Shown piece after piece: positions 1 to 13,416 of a DNA stretch of 64,000 bases. The stretch comes from Ramazzottius varieornatus. Its lineage: Eukaryota > Animalia > Tardigrada. The notes below the pieces were generated by a model. That model saw nothing but the letters and a program-made list of their open reading frames with translations, had not been told where the DNA came from and ran no database searches. The first letter of the stretch is position 1. Each line of letters begins with the position of its first letter. The DNA is taken from positions 448,128-512,127 of the forward strand of contig BDGG01000001.1 of NCBI GenBank assembly GCA_001949185.1, read 5' to 3'. The position numbers and the translations under genes are program-made.

Positions 1-22
1 ATCAGACTGTTTTTCACCAAGG

Positions 23-648
23 TAGACATGAGGATGGTGTGGTTTCACCACACCACACCGAAAAAAACCACTCTTTTTGGTTTCGGTGTGCTTGAAACAC
101 CAAATCGAAAAATTGGTGTCCGAGTTACCCCGAATTTGCCGTTTCGGTGTCTAGGAACACTACATCACACCAAACCGAAAACCTTTTGGTGCACCAGATT
201 TAATGAGCTAGTCAGCCAGCTTGGGCTAGATGAGTATCGCAAACTCGCTGTTTCACCCCGTGGTTGATTCGACTAACTGTTGATTGTTTAAGCTGCGAAA
301 ATCTGAGCGATGGTTTTCGCGTGCTGGTAAGGTCGTTACCAAGCCTAGAAGTTCACTAGATAGTCCGACCGTGCAAGTTAGATGTGTTTGAAATCTTGGT
401 ATTTTTTTGAGTTTCCTACAGCGCAGTTTGATTTGTCGATGACGGATTAATAAATTGTGAATTCGCTCTTTGAAACTTTTTTCGGTTTTTCGATTTGGTT
501 TGGTGTGGTGCACCGAAAGAGTGGTGTCCGATCCACACCACACCGGAAAAAGTGGTGTGGCTTTCGCACCGAAAAACCAGTTTCGGTGTGGAGAAGCACC
601 GAACCGAAAAACACCACACCACACTTAATCACACTTTTCTCAGATCTA
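23..648. mobile_element. hAT-like non-autonomous element (MITE), 626 bp
   Basis: Exact 8-bp target-site duplication CACCAAGG at 15-22 and 649-656. Imperfect termini TAGAcaTGAG ... CTCAgaTCTA. Dense subterminal CACACCACACC/GGTGTGGTG and CACCGAAA motifs in both orientations. No credible ORF. Confidence 0.8.
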
Positions 649-3600
649 CACCAAGGCATTGTTTTGAAATTCATCTTTCGGTTACCAGAAATATCGGTTT
701 CGTATAGTTTGGCCGTTCTTCTACGATGTCGCCTGTCAGGCCTGGCACAACCAGGACTGACATTCCATAAAAACTTCGTAGAATTGCGGACCTTTTAGGG
801 AAACATGAGTACAAAAAGCTGGCGAGAGCCAGTAGCAGCTCAGCGCGTGCGGGGCGCTGACTTCCTCGCTGGGAAACAATCACTTTCGGTAAAACGATCC
901 GTCTCTTACTGCGTATTACGAAGATGAAAATCTGCTAGCCAAATCTCTTTTTCGCCTCTCTACGCGCTCTTTCGTATATCAATCAAAGTAAATTTTTTCG
1001 TACGAGAGAGACAACGTGACCCAGCATGAAAACGGCGGATACCCTTAACGGTCCGGTAGCCAGCTAGAGCACATGACGCAGCGTAGATAATCCTGCTCAG
1101 AACAGTATCGGCGAAGGCACGTTAAATACAAATACAGGTTGAAAATGCCAACTTGGTACCACCTCTTAACAATTATGGCGCTCTCGGCTGAGTGTGTGCT
1201 TGTCCTCCTATTTTTCCCTACTTTGACATCCCTTTTACTACCTTTTAAAAGTTACTTGGTCTCGGAGAATGTCTACAGGAGTCTCAGATTTGACCAGAGA
1301 TCGGGGAAGTTGCAACCGCGGAACTGCTCAGGCCGAAACTTTTCGCTGTTTCTCTCTCAAGGAGAAAATCCTTTTTCACTCAATTGCAATTTTAATCGAA
1401 AACTACTGATTACGAACCGTTTAGTGTAGTCCAGCTACCGATGAAAACATCGTGGTTCGTTGTACCACTTGTTGATTCACTGATACAGCAACTTTTTCAA
1501 AATCGTGCAAAAACAAAGGGTGATCGCTCAAAAACGAGATTTCTCGAAATGGTCTGAATTGTTTTCCGGAAAGTGAAAACATGAACGCGTGGCCGAATTA
1601 CGAGCTATCTAAATCAAAAACTGTTTAGGACAGACTGCGCAGAATCAGGATGTCGGAACACTTTGTATGAAAACAAGGTTTGCCTGAATCAATAACTTCC
1701 TTAAATTTTGAGGGAACTTCGAGAGATTTTTTGCCGGTTTCCGGAAAGATCTTGCATGTCCGACATTGACCAAAACTCAGGCCAAGGACTTAGCTAGACG
1801 AAAATCGGTTGTAAGTACAAACTCTTGGTTTTCAACACACTTTGAAATTTTTTTCCATGAGGAGGGGTTTTCTGGCAAGATGGTCAAATTCGACAATATT
1901 AATTCATGTCTAAAGTAGTGTGATCTTTTTGCGATCTATTCTAATTTTCAGTGAAAACCTAGGTAGTTATAGCCAGGCTACAGTCAAATTGGGGATGGAT
2001 TCTCAAGCAGGGAGTGCCAGAGAACCTGTTTCATTCATGACTTTCTCCTCACCGGCAGATATGTTAATCAACTGTTTCAACCCTGGTCTCAATGCATACG
2101 AATGAACTATGTCTATTGGGAAGAGCTTCAACTTTAAACTGTAAAATTTGAACTTCTTCTGCGCTGAAGTTCTAGCCCTGATGCCACGAGCCTCTGAAAC
2201 ATTAAGAACAAGTAATGTTTCTGTGGCCAAACCTCGGCCAACCCTCGTCTTCCCAGTGAAGCTGAGGGTTTTGCAAGGTAAACCCGATGTGCTGATGTTG
2301 CACCAGCACAAACCATAAAAAATCCAGATAGTTCTGTGACTTCCCCCGACGGGGAGGCGGAGCTAAACCGAACTTGGTTTTTGACTGGTGGCGGTGCTGT
2401 TTCCGGCTGCGTGTCAACTTTCGCGAAATTTTGTTTTGAAAATTCTAGACTTTCGATTTTCTCCGACATTTTGTTTATCTCGTCCATTCTGTTCCGCAAG
2501 CCATCCCTTGCTGGTCATTCGGGACACAAAGTGCCTTGGGAAGGGAATTCGGGAGTCGGACGACGGGCGAAAACTTCGCAAGACAAGTTTCGCAGACAGC
2601 TGATACAATCACCGCAAGTTGCTCGGACAACCTGATAATCACTGGATCTATTTCCAAGGTATCGTATGCTTCCTGATATTGCTTTTCAGTTTTCATACCA
2701 CGAGTAGGCGTGACCGCGCAGGAGGTAATATTCGAGTAGAGCACAGCGACCTTCTCATTAAAAAAAGCATCTTTTCCAAAACTGTCATGCGAACCACCTT
2801 CAGGTTTAGACAAATCCCATGGCTTTTGCAACAACCTGCGTAGGGGGAGGGAACGCGTTCGAGCGACGAGCCGTGGGAGCTCAGCCATCGTTTGGTGGTC
2901 CACGCATCACCAAGGCCTGTCATATTGGTCTGCGCGAACGTTTAGCGCGTAGAGGCGATGCCCTTACAATTAGGAAGGTCACTGCGCCCTGTGAGAGGGG
3001 TTACTGTGCCCTGGGGGCCATGAAAACACGCCGTATGGGCTAGCACTTTCATCTTAGCAGTCAGTTGTCGATGACGCTGGTACAGATCAGCTGCTAGTTA
3101 GCCGACGAATGTGCAAGCCAACGACAGACCTCTTGCAGGGTGCACGCCACAGCGATGTCAGGACAGATATAGACAGAACAACAACCTTCAGCGGACCGAA
3201 GTTAACGTCCGCTAGAAATGCCTCCGAGCTCTCCGACTGTCATATTCGAAACACATACAGATGCCCTCTTGTACATAGGGAGTTCAATAAATTTCAAGGC
3301 ATAGACCACCTGAAAGAGCTATTTTCCAGAGCACGCTTGTAAGAGATAGACCATCTCTTCTAACCACTATCTTCAAAAGATACTCGCCCACTTCGTGACG
3401 TTATTCCCGCGTTATCCGCGCTGGTCGTGAAAATGCGGTTTTCTCGAATATCTGGGATAGATGATTTTCTAACGCTTCGAGAAAAAGTAACTAGAGTGTG
3501 AGGCATATACAAAGTGAAAAATAACCTTCGTCGGGAATGGAAACGTGGCTGAGAAAACACAAAAGTTTGCAAAATCCGGCTGGCGATCAAGTTGCGCACT

Positions 3601-5610
3601 AGCTGTTTTGCGGCATCTTCACTTGGTGCAAAAATCAAATTTTTTCTCGAATCTTGACACCGGCCAGGCTTGACTTCCTTGCGCCAAAACTAGCCACTAG
3701 ACATCCCTCTTTCATCCAGGGCCAAAGTCAAGCTCAAACGTACAACGGGGAAGAAGCTACATAATTTCTTCTAGAAGGTGGAGGCGTAACCCTAAAAAAC
3801 TTCCCTTCCTATACCCTGCAAAATTATTTCAACGAATAACTTCCCAGCCTCGTCTCTAATTTTGCAGTATTCCCCATAAGTTGCTTTCTCTTTATTGCAA
3901 AAAGTTGCCGAGATCGAACGACCACAAAATTTCTGGTGAACGCACCTTCAAAATGTATTGCACCCCTATCAATGAGTTACCAGTTCCTCGACGTTTTTGA
4001 AGTGACGCCAGGTGCAGGAAGAGCCTAAGACGGCCAGCTCGAAGCAGACAAGGTACTGTAGATATTTGTTGCTATCGCGCAGTAAGGACAATTATGTGAC
4101 GGCGCACCACGGTAGGGGATTGTGCTCGCAGTGAAACCGGACGGCGGCTGTAACTGGGTTTCCGCTGCCACTTTTGATACGAACATTTTTGCTTCAAAAG
4201 TGCACGTTTTTTACATCAGATTGTTCGGAATACTCAGGGGCAATGCGTGATAGAGCCGCCACGAATATTAGTTTCACAAAACTGTTCGCCCTTTCGAGAA
4301 GAGTTTGCCGAGAATTCTAGGTTGCCGAAAAGACCATCTGGACTTCAGAATTGTGTTCCTCGATGTTTGATACAGTGGACTGCATCAGAAGTTTAACTTT
4401 GCCTTTGAGGTCCCAAAACTTCTAACTCGTCCCTCAACACTTAGATTGGCGAACGTTCGTATCAAAATCGGGCCGCCGTAACCCAATTCAATTGCACAAT
4501 GACGTGCTGCGCGATACCCCGTTTTTTTCTGGATACCACTTTTGGCCGCAACTGAGTCATGAGGGCCTACTCCGCTTTGGTACAGTAGTGTGCGACTGAA
4601 TTGTACGCTTATTTAGACCGGTATGTTATTCTTCAGCGGCCATCTGACGCACAATCCCATGAAGGTGCAGTTACATAAATTAGCGCCGAGACTCAGTTCG
4701 CTGCTTCACCAGATTTGCAATTATATCGTTTCGTCGGCCTTCTCCGAGCCCATGTCGGCTACAGTGCTCCTCAAAGACAAAGTTAATTCCGCCATGCAAG
4801 GCATTCAGACCGGCTGCCATTGCTTTTCGTCGTCTGAGTGTATAGGCTTTCTTTGTTTCTGAATATATCTATTGCGAGCTATCATCGATGAGCAGGTTGA
4901 CGACGACTGTTTAAGACGACTGGGAAACCCCATGCCGATCTGAATTCATATTACGACGTGGTTGCATCCTTTTTTCCATCAAAACGATAAGATGGCAGCT
5001 TGTAATGCTACGATTGTCAGTCCTACATTGAAATCAACGATTTATAACTGTACGAGAACCAACGTAACCATATCGGACGACGACGTGGGTTTTTACCCAA
5101 ACGTTGAGGTCGCTGGATGGATCCTTCTCATGGTCGGTGTAGGGACAGTGGTCTCCGAGAAGCTTTTAAACGCCTACTAACACGCTAAAGTCTTTTTGAC
5201 GATGGTCAATAATTCTGTTTTGAATTCCATTTTTTGTTATTATATTATAAGGGAGTTTCAAAGAATGCTACCGATGAAACAGATACGAACTACTGTACAA
5301 ACCATTTGGATGTCCGAACTGAAAGCTTAGCGGTGATTTGGGCAGATTACATTTCTGTAGCATTGACCTGTCACCCTTTCCTCAAATATGAACCCTCGGG
5401 TATTAAAGTAGAGCAATCTACTGACGTGCGAGGGGTAACTCGCTTTGTTGCGAAGAGAAAACAGAAGCTTTTAAGGAACATTCAAGCACACGCCCAACAA
5501 AGTGAGCTTCAGCGGAAAATGACGTTGTGGCACAATTGTAGCCAGAGCGGATTTGGGACAGAAAGCAGTAGAGAATATGTATCTGTGGACCCGTACGAAA
5601 GGTATATTGA

Positions 5611-7817
5611 CGAGGGGATTATGCCTGTCCCCACCTCTTTTTGGTCAAACTGTCCTGGCGGAACGAGAGAGGAGAGTCTCTTCTAGGATCTGAGCCAGTG
5701 AGCTAAATCCCGCGTCGATCCTGGAACAAACTACAGGGACTCGGAAGTGACGTCAGAAATTTATGCCAATAACGTAGGAACGTGATGTCTTGTAGGTCCA
5801 CGTTAGACCTAACAAACAAACCCTGAAACCCATCAGTAAACAAACTTGTTACGGCAAATAGATAGTACAGAAATGATGAGCGTCATAAAAGTGATAGAAG
5901 CAAAGACGGGCCTTGCACCACCCGCAAACCAGAAGAACAATGTCTCTGTAGTTCTCGTGAAGACAACTGCCTTTCAGCTTATCAAACATAAACTTGGCTG
6001 GATTAACATACATGAAACCTTCGTCGGTATATCCCGACTTATGCCAAGCTTCAGCTATCAAATTTTCGAACCTGGGCGACCGAAACTGTTGATACAGCAA
6101 AGAGTGCAATCTCAAAATCACATCGCGATGATGCACTTGAACGGGTAAATCTTGATCGGTGAAGGTCTTCCACGAGTCGGCCAAGAAAATGCACCGCTCT
6201 TCCATATGAGGGAAAAGAACTTTTTCTGACCAGTCTAAGTAGAGCTTCTTGGTCATCTTCCCGGATGTCGAAGCAGTGACATACAGATTATCAGCCTTGA
6301 ACATCGTTCTCGACACGATTGGACTAACACTCCTTTCTCTTCCTTCAGCGTTAGGAAAAGAACAGGAAGAAACTTACGCCTGCCCGGGGAGACCGCCATC
6401 ATCACAGTGTAGCTATGTGTCATGGAATTCTCCGACTGGGTGATCGCTTCCACGTGTTTTACTCCAGCCGTTTCCAAAGTTCTTCCTGGTCTCATTTCAT
6501 ATTCAAAGCCTGACTGATCCGCATTCCACAGACAGTCTAACCCGTACTCTGCGATCCTTGATCTAACGAGCGCAACGCAGGCTTTAGCACTTTCCTTGAC
6601 GTGAGGCGCTTTTTGTATGGATTTCTTGGTGACGAACTTGGTTATTTTCCGGTCAACGATCCCATAATATCTAGAAGATATTAATTTCGCTTTTGAAGGA
6701 AATCGAAGCACAAAAAACTATTGGTACCGTTTGAGTTTTCCGATCAGTCTGGGGAAGCAGTGAAACCGGCCAAGTCCACCGTTTCGTTCGCAGTGAGAGC
6801 CCATCGACGTTAGTCCAAATCCTTGACCACTTGCTTTTTCCTTTTAGCGAGGAAGAACGGATTACCGATATCCAAACGTGGAGCCTTCAACTTGTCAAGC
6901 CTGGAACCGCCTTCCACTACCTGCTTTTCCCAGTCGTACAGCTGCCGTATGCTGGTTACTTTACCAAAACTTCTCTGAACAGTGGTCAACGTGAGACGCT
7001 TCTTCTTCACGGCGTTTCTCCAGTATGTAGCCTCACGTTTTTTGTACTCCAAGTTGACCAACTGATCCACTGGAAGCTTGGGGTTAGGAAGTCGTGGGAT
7101 GTATAGCTCATGGGAAGAAGGTTCAGTTCCGCTGGAAACAGGCTCAAGCAGTCTATCAGGTTCCGTAACGTCGAAGTCAGCTTCACTCCGGCCATTCAGC
7201 AGGTTGCACTGGACAACAGATGCTTCGCAATCTGCAAACGACTCGACGCGGATCTGCAGATCATACTGGAGGTCTTCTTCAACGGCATACACAGGAGTAA
7301 CACTTTGGGTGATCTTCGAGTCGATGAAATCTAGGAAAGATTACGAATCAAATTAGTATCTTTTTTGTTTTTGAGCTCCAGTGCACAGCAAGATTTCCTT
7401 AACTATGTCCTTGAACTGCCTGTCAGCTTCGCTTGGAAAGTCGTCGATACGGTAGTGCAGTTTGTAGTCCCATTCCAGCAGCTTGATAACATTCAGCAAG
7501 TTGATGGATTCCATTTCAGAGAAGCGCAGGAATGAATGAGCAAATGAGAGAAGGTTGAAAAACAACAGAAAACTTGATGAGCAGGAAGCACAGGCTCGAT
7601 CAACAACCGAATCAACCATCGAACAATCAAGTCTTGATTGTTCATTACTCTGCTTATATACCGCCCTACTTTTGACGTCACTCCCGAGTCCCTGTAGTTT
7701 GTTCCAGGATCGACGCGGGATTTAGCTCACTGGCTCAGATCCTAGAAGAGACTCTCCTCTCTCGTTCCGCCAGGACAGTTTGACCAAAAAGAGGTGGGGA
7801 CAGGCATAATCCCCTCG
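5611..7817 (-). mobile_element. Tc4/Tc5-like (pogo/DDE_1) DNA transposon
   Basis: 145-bp TIRs at 5611-5755 and 7673-7817 with one mismatch seen. Flanked by TGA on both sides (5608-5610, 7818-7820), the TNA-type TSD known for Tc4/Tc5. Internal DDE transposase fragments. Confidence 0.9.
5849..7514 (-). pseudogene. Frameshifted DDE_1 transposase of the Tc5-like element
   Basis: ORF pieces 7353-7619, 6810-7292, 6253-6711 and 5849-6316. Motifs WNADQSGFEYEM, THSYTV, SGKMTK, LADSW and a C-terminal CxWCKxxLCFxHF. Split by stops and frameshifts. Confidence 0.85.
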
Positions 7818-7981
7818 TGAGAACTCCTGATTCTTAACAATGATGTGGGCTAGACGTGTACGGGAAGGTGGTAGCCAGTGTTATGAACTTAATTACTGGT
7901 CGTTCGGAGTCGAAAAAGTTTGTATGAAAGTTGGGCCGTCAATACCCATTAAAGTTGTCTCACGCACGGCATAGCATGCTG

Positions 7982-8220
7982 TACACGCACGATGGGTAAG
8001 TATGGGCCAGTAAAAAGTATGGGACAGGCGGAAAGGACGGCAAATTTACACCCTGAATGCGAGCCAGCAATGAAAATCGAGCCTATGACGTAACGCGGTG
8101 AAATTCAACCGTAGAAAATTGTCATGACAGTGCCCATCAGCCGATCGGCTGTTTGGCTTTTGTGCTTCGAGGCTACGGATTGTTTGTTTACTTTCTTCCA
8201 GTTTACTTTTCTCCTGCAGT
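7982..8220. mobile_element. TA-CACGCACGA MITE family, copy 1 (right end decayed)
   Basis: Starts TACACGCACGATGGG. Shares GGGACAGGC..AAAGGACGGCAAATT and AATTCAACCGTAGAAA with 61058-61260. Confidence 0.55.
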
Positions 8221-8324
8221 TGGAGCAGGTTGTCAATTTTAGTGTTTAGCCGCAGTATTCTTAAGGCCATGGTGCGCTGCACCTTGTAAGCCACGGTGTA
8301 CCGCGCTTCCCGGCTGACTTTACG

Positions 8325-9399
8325 ATGTATCTCATATTTTCTGCATTTGTTTTACCGCTGCTTTTTGTCTGGCTCCTGATATGGAAGAAGCATCGGTCGA
8401 GAAACTTACCTCCAGGTCCGATCGTAATTCCACTGTTCGGTACTGTAACCCTGTTCCGATACTCCACCCCCTACCTGGCTTGGATCGAATGGGCAAAAGC
8501 TTGTCGCTCGGATACCATCAGGCTCAGAACTGGACCTTTGGCACGAGTGGCTTGTCACGACATAGACACGGTCAAAAAATTGTTCGCCAAGGAGGAAGCT
8601 ACTGGCCGGGAAAAACTCTTCTCTCATCCCGTCATAGCCAAGGGCAAAGGTATGTAATGCTTTGGTTGTACTATCCAAATTTCGAAGCCTCGTTCGAATA
8701 TCCTATCAATCATATGAGGAATGCTTCGTGTATAGGTACACACTGTATGACCTCGTTCTGCGCCGCGCTTATGAAGTATCACGAATTTCACGCTTTGCAG
8801 GTTTGATATTCAGCGAAAGACCTCTGTGGAAACATCACCGTCGCTTTGCACTGACAACATTGCGTAACTACGGCATGGGCAAAACCTGGCTGGACGATAC
8901 CATTCTTTCGGAAGTTGACGACCTCTGCAAGCTTCTTGTGGATCTGGACGGGAGGCCGATCGACCCGAGGCGTCTACTATCACACAGCATTTCTAATGTC
9001 ATCTGCGCTCTGGTTTTCGGTAGACGCTTCCCACATGACGATGCCCGGTTCACCAAGCTGACATCTCTCTTTGACAATATTCTCATTGCTCAGTTTACCT
9101 ACGGCCGCTTGCTGGCTTTTCCCTTCCTGAAGTACATACCCGGTAGCGGCTTTCACCAGAAGAACGCCATCATCCGCAAGAACTTTGCCGATGTTATAGC
9201 CTTCATCAAAGAGCTGGTTAACGACCACAGATGCGACGATAAGAGCGACGAAGGTACAGACCACGATTATATCGACGCGTACATCACCGAAAAGGCGCAC
9301 CAGCGAACACATCAAGATGGCTCCAACATGTTCGAAGATGACCAGCAGCTTGTTGGGTCACTGTACGACCTCTTCTTCGCCGGAACGGAAACAACATAG
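8325..9399 (+). pseudogene. Cytochrome P450 (CYP2 clan), truncated at the I-helix
   Basis: Membrane anchor and PPGP hinge. Intron 8650-8800. WxxxRRF, SNVIC and DLFFAGTETT motifs, followed directly by TAG. No ExxR, PERF or heme-Cys region is visible before the Arp2 3' end. Confidence 0.8.
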
Positions 9400-9702
9400 A
9401 ACTCATTACGAGAAGCTATCACAGACTTCCGTCAAGAGCTCCGAAATGAGTGATTCCACTTCTCCTGTCATAACCGACTCGAAACGATCGAAAGTAGAAT
9501 CACTCATTGCGGAGCTCCTGACGGAGGTCCGTAATGGTTCTCCGTGATGAAGTGGAATCGCTGCATTACGGTATATCAAGAAACTCGTGCCAAAAACATT
9601 GTCCTGAATAAAAACAGAAGACGACAGACTAATGAAATTCCACGTTGATGACTAGTAAAAATATATATAGTATAAAAATCACCAGAACATAAGCACGAAG
9701 GA

Positions 9703-9935
9703 GCTCGGATCACTTGACGCGCCAAGTCCAATTCGCTGATTGGTCTGATCACGCTCCACTCCACCAAAATTTCAAATTTCGACCAATGTGGTCAATAGCT
9801 CAATCAACTCAGTTTGCACAGAATTTGAAATTCTGTGCAGCGATATTAGGCAAAACATAAGCCGTGGATAACTGCACAGCATAAAACCTATACTTGTGCT
9901 GTGCAAGCCGAAAACATGACTTGCGAAACAGGTCC
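9703..9935. repeat. 233-bp right-end fragment of the Harbinger-like MITE at 41783-42343
   Basis: Near-identical to 42111-42343 (one mismatch seen). Lies 17 bp beyond the Arp2 stop codon. Confidence 0.9.
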
Positions 9936-9952
9936 GTTGTTACAAAAAGCCA

Positions 9953-12300
9953 TCAACCTGGCCGAACGCCAAGCTTCTCCATGACACCTTTCAACCCTTT
10001 CTCTTCATAATCCTTCCTGTGCATCCAGAAGTCATCCTTGTTCTTCATGACTTCAGCTAGCACTGCACCACCCATGAAGACCATGTGCTTCCTTCTTGGC
10101 GGATCCTCGATGCGAATTTTGAATCTCTGCAACATAAAATGCAGAACAAAATCAGTATTTCTCACAAAAACTTTCCTTGTAATTGTTCCTCGAAATTGAT
10201 TTTGACTCAGAGCTTCTTAGAAGAGAACTATCATCGTATCATCCAGCTCGGGATCTGCATCATCGCAAAAAATATTCCGACGCTTATTTCGGAATATTCC
10301 GAAAGTATTGTATTTTTTTTCCAAATTTACTTACCGATAGTCTTTCAGCGTCGCCTTTGAGGACTCTTTCCAGATACAGCTGCTTCAGTTCCCTCTCGAG
10401 TCTGCTAGGCAGTCCCGGGTACATGGTCGATCCACCGGAGAGGACGATGTGCTTGTAGAACTCCGAGCGGATGTCCATGTCGGCACTCTGGATGGTGTCG
10501 TACAGCAGCTCGGCCAAGCCCATTCCCTCCACGTTGATCAAGTGCGGCTCGAACAGCGCTTCGGGGGCTTCGAAACGCTCGGAAGAAAGCTTGATTACCC
10601 TCCCATCGGGCAACTACAATCAAAGAAGAAAAACTCAAACTAATACATAAACAATTTTGATCGCATTTTCTCGCCGAGATTTGGAAGACCACCTCAAAAT
10701 TATTTCACAAAATCAACAAAAAACCCATAAGTAGTCTGAGATAAATTGTAGAAGATTCGAACCGGTTTTCGGGAACAGTTATGCATTCTCTATCACAGCT
10801 CCTAAACAAAATAAATTTATTCGGATTATTTGAACGAGAAATTCGTCTAAAAAAAATTCCGAAAACCGGAAAAAAAATCCAGTGCGGTTACCAAAGCTGG
10901 ATCAGACGTCGTTGTCATAAGTTACCATGTAAGGATGGACGAGGACGGTGGTGTCCAACGCCAGCTTCTTTTCTTGCTGTACGTTGTACGCCACGTAGCA
11001 GAGCTTCTCTTTCATCATTCGGACTGTCTCGAAATCGGCAGTATGGTTGAAAGCGTAACCCCTCAGCAGCAACAACTAGAACGAGACGGAAAAGAACCTG
11101 CTAGTCTCCCCTTTCGATTTGAAGAAGATAACAGAAGTCGAGGAACGAAACGGAAGTCAGTTCGGTGTTGTCTTCAACAAGATGGTAGCAATACATCTCA
11201 TACAGAACCTTGAGGATATGTCATCATTCAAATTCAGAGTAACATAAGAAGGTGCAGAAGCAAGACTTACTTTGATTAGGTACTTGGTAATGTCTCGTCC
11301 AGCGATGTCCAGACGTTTGGTCAAGTGCGGAAGGGAGAAGCCTTCGTAAACGGGACAGATGTGCGTGACTCCATCACCAGAGTCCACCACTACACCCGTC
11401 AGAAGCCCTTGTGCGTACAGAGTCAGGACGGCTTGAATGGCAATATAGCAGGAATCGAACTGGTACTTCTCAAACATAACCTAAGAAAAGACAGCAGAAA
11501 AATCTGTTTGTGACCGTTAACCGGAAGTCCAACGCAGGTTCGGGCCGAACACTCTGTGGGAGAGGGTGTTAAGCACGGGCCTGGTAATGCTGGTTGACGA
11601 GGCCGTGGCCAACTCACCTCAATCATTTTCTCGCGATTTTTCAGTGGATTCATCGGAGGTTCCGTCAGGAGGATTCGACAGCCTTTCGGATCGATGTTGA
11701 GACACTGCTCGCCGAAGGTGTGATCCCAGACGTGGTTCATGTCGTCCCAGTTGCGGACGATGCCATTGTCCATGGGATAGCTGATTTCCAGCATGTGGCG
11801 AAGCTGACTGGCTTCTTCACCCACCATCAGATCCTGCAGTCAATCAAAACACAAGCTAACAATCAAGCGGACTCACAGGCTTATCTCACGCACTGACGCT
11901 AGAGTAGATAATTCGTCCGAAATTCGTGAAGGGCATTTCTGGGCAAAGTAACAGGGGGGAATATTCTAAAAGGAACCGCAATGGCAGTCGAGAGGATAAC
12001 TGGCTTGAACAGACTTACCTTGACTTCGATGTTCCCGACTTTGGTGTCGGCGCGGATAATCGGTCGTCCAACCATGGAAGGAAAGATGTGAGCTGGAAAG
12101 TTGCTTCCCGCAAAGCCACATTTCACAAACTGCAAGTCGAAAACATGGATTACTTTAGATGTGTTCGTACAAGCTTGGACCAAAAGCTCAATCGAGGACA
12201 ACTTAGTTTAAGCTTGCTACGGAAGGATGAAGACTGGAGCACAGATTCTTACCCCAGTGCCGTTATCACAGACGATCACTTTCCTCCCTTGCGAATCCAT
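9953..12300 (-). CDS. ACTR2: Actin-related protein 2 (Arp2/3 complex), multi-exon
   Basis: Exon peptides [16 protein letters not shown] / [23 protein letters not shown] / LLTEPPMNP / [26 protein letters not shown] / [21 protein letters not shown] / [16 protein letters not shown] introns. Confidence 0.97.
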
Positions 12301-13416
12301 GGCTCAAATTAAAACCTCCTCCAATAGGCTCCCTCCTACTCCCTCTTGTACTTCCAGAACTGGGATAAGCTGAATCCGAACTACGGTCGAGGGAGAGATA
12401 CTTCTATCAGGAAAAGAGGTACAAGTTGGCCAGGTCAGAGTGATGGCCAGGGCCCAGGTGGCCAAAGCGACTCAAACTATCAAACAGCGGTGGACGGGTG
12501 ATTTATTCAGTGAATTATCCAATACACGGAACGGCTTCGCAACCTCAAGCGCAGCCCAGCTTCGGAACGGCACTCAGTCGATGAATATTTTTCAAATGAA
12601 ATTTACTGTTCCGAATGTCGTTCGAACACCAGTCTCTTGTTCAGTAGAGCTAGAATTGGCGCACTGATGATAAGATTGCCCGTTGTACCGGCTCTTAACG
12701 GGTCGTAGGTGGCAGTGCCGTGATTTTCGATATTAGGCTGAATAAATCACCCGTCCACCGCTGCCATCAAACGACTGCGACTGAAGTCAGTCCAGTATCC
12801 GGATTACACCAGCTCCACGCCGACTACACATCCGAAACTAACTTAGAAACGGCATTTCCACTTCGATTGTCCACCAACTGGAAGTCTGGAACTTGTGCAA
12901 CCATTCCGCGTTTCGTCGCTTGATTCAATCACGTTAATTCAGAGTTTTCACAGGTCGCTTCAGCCGCGACTCGAAGTTTCTGACTTTCTGTGATCCTCTC
13001 TACGAGTGTTATTTTAATCATTATAATAGGAAATCGATTTTAATAATTAAAATCGTTTCAATTGTGCGGGTTGGTGTTCGGTTGATTGATTGATCCATAA
13101 TAGAAAGCGAATTTTAATTTGAATAACTGAAATTCGTCAGCGATAATTGATTTTACTTGCAGTCAGCTGATCACGTAGACTTAACATTAGCACGTGACTT
13201 TTAATAATTTTAATTGCACAGTAAAATAACACTGCTCTCTACCAGTATCACACGCGTCTTCCTAAGCCGGTTTGTTCCTGGAGTACCTGGCGTTTTGGGT
13301 GTCCCGCAGAGGCTCTTCGTGGTAGACAAAGTGTCAAGTGGAAGCCAGAAAGAAGTTAAAAATGGAAGTACGGAAGACCGGCCAGGAATGCGTCCCCTTG
13401 ATTACCAACGCGCATA

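Noticed and set aside
28-798. Multiple overlapping ORFs rich in HHT/WCG
   Set aside because: They are translation artefacts of the MITE's short repeats.
2003-2923. Chain of minus-strand ORFs with Cys pairs and a coiled-coil-like part
   Set aside because: Possibly a decayed TE or gene, but no recognisable domain or consistent splice model.
4155-4485. Degenerate inverted repeat (TTTTGATACGAAC core)
   Set aside because: Probably an old MITE, but termini and TSD cannot be defined.
5234-5686. 150-aa ORF
   Set aside because: It starts at TTG, runs into the transposon TIR, and shows no recognisable homology.
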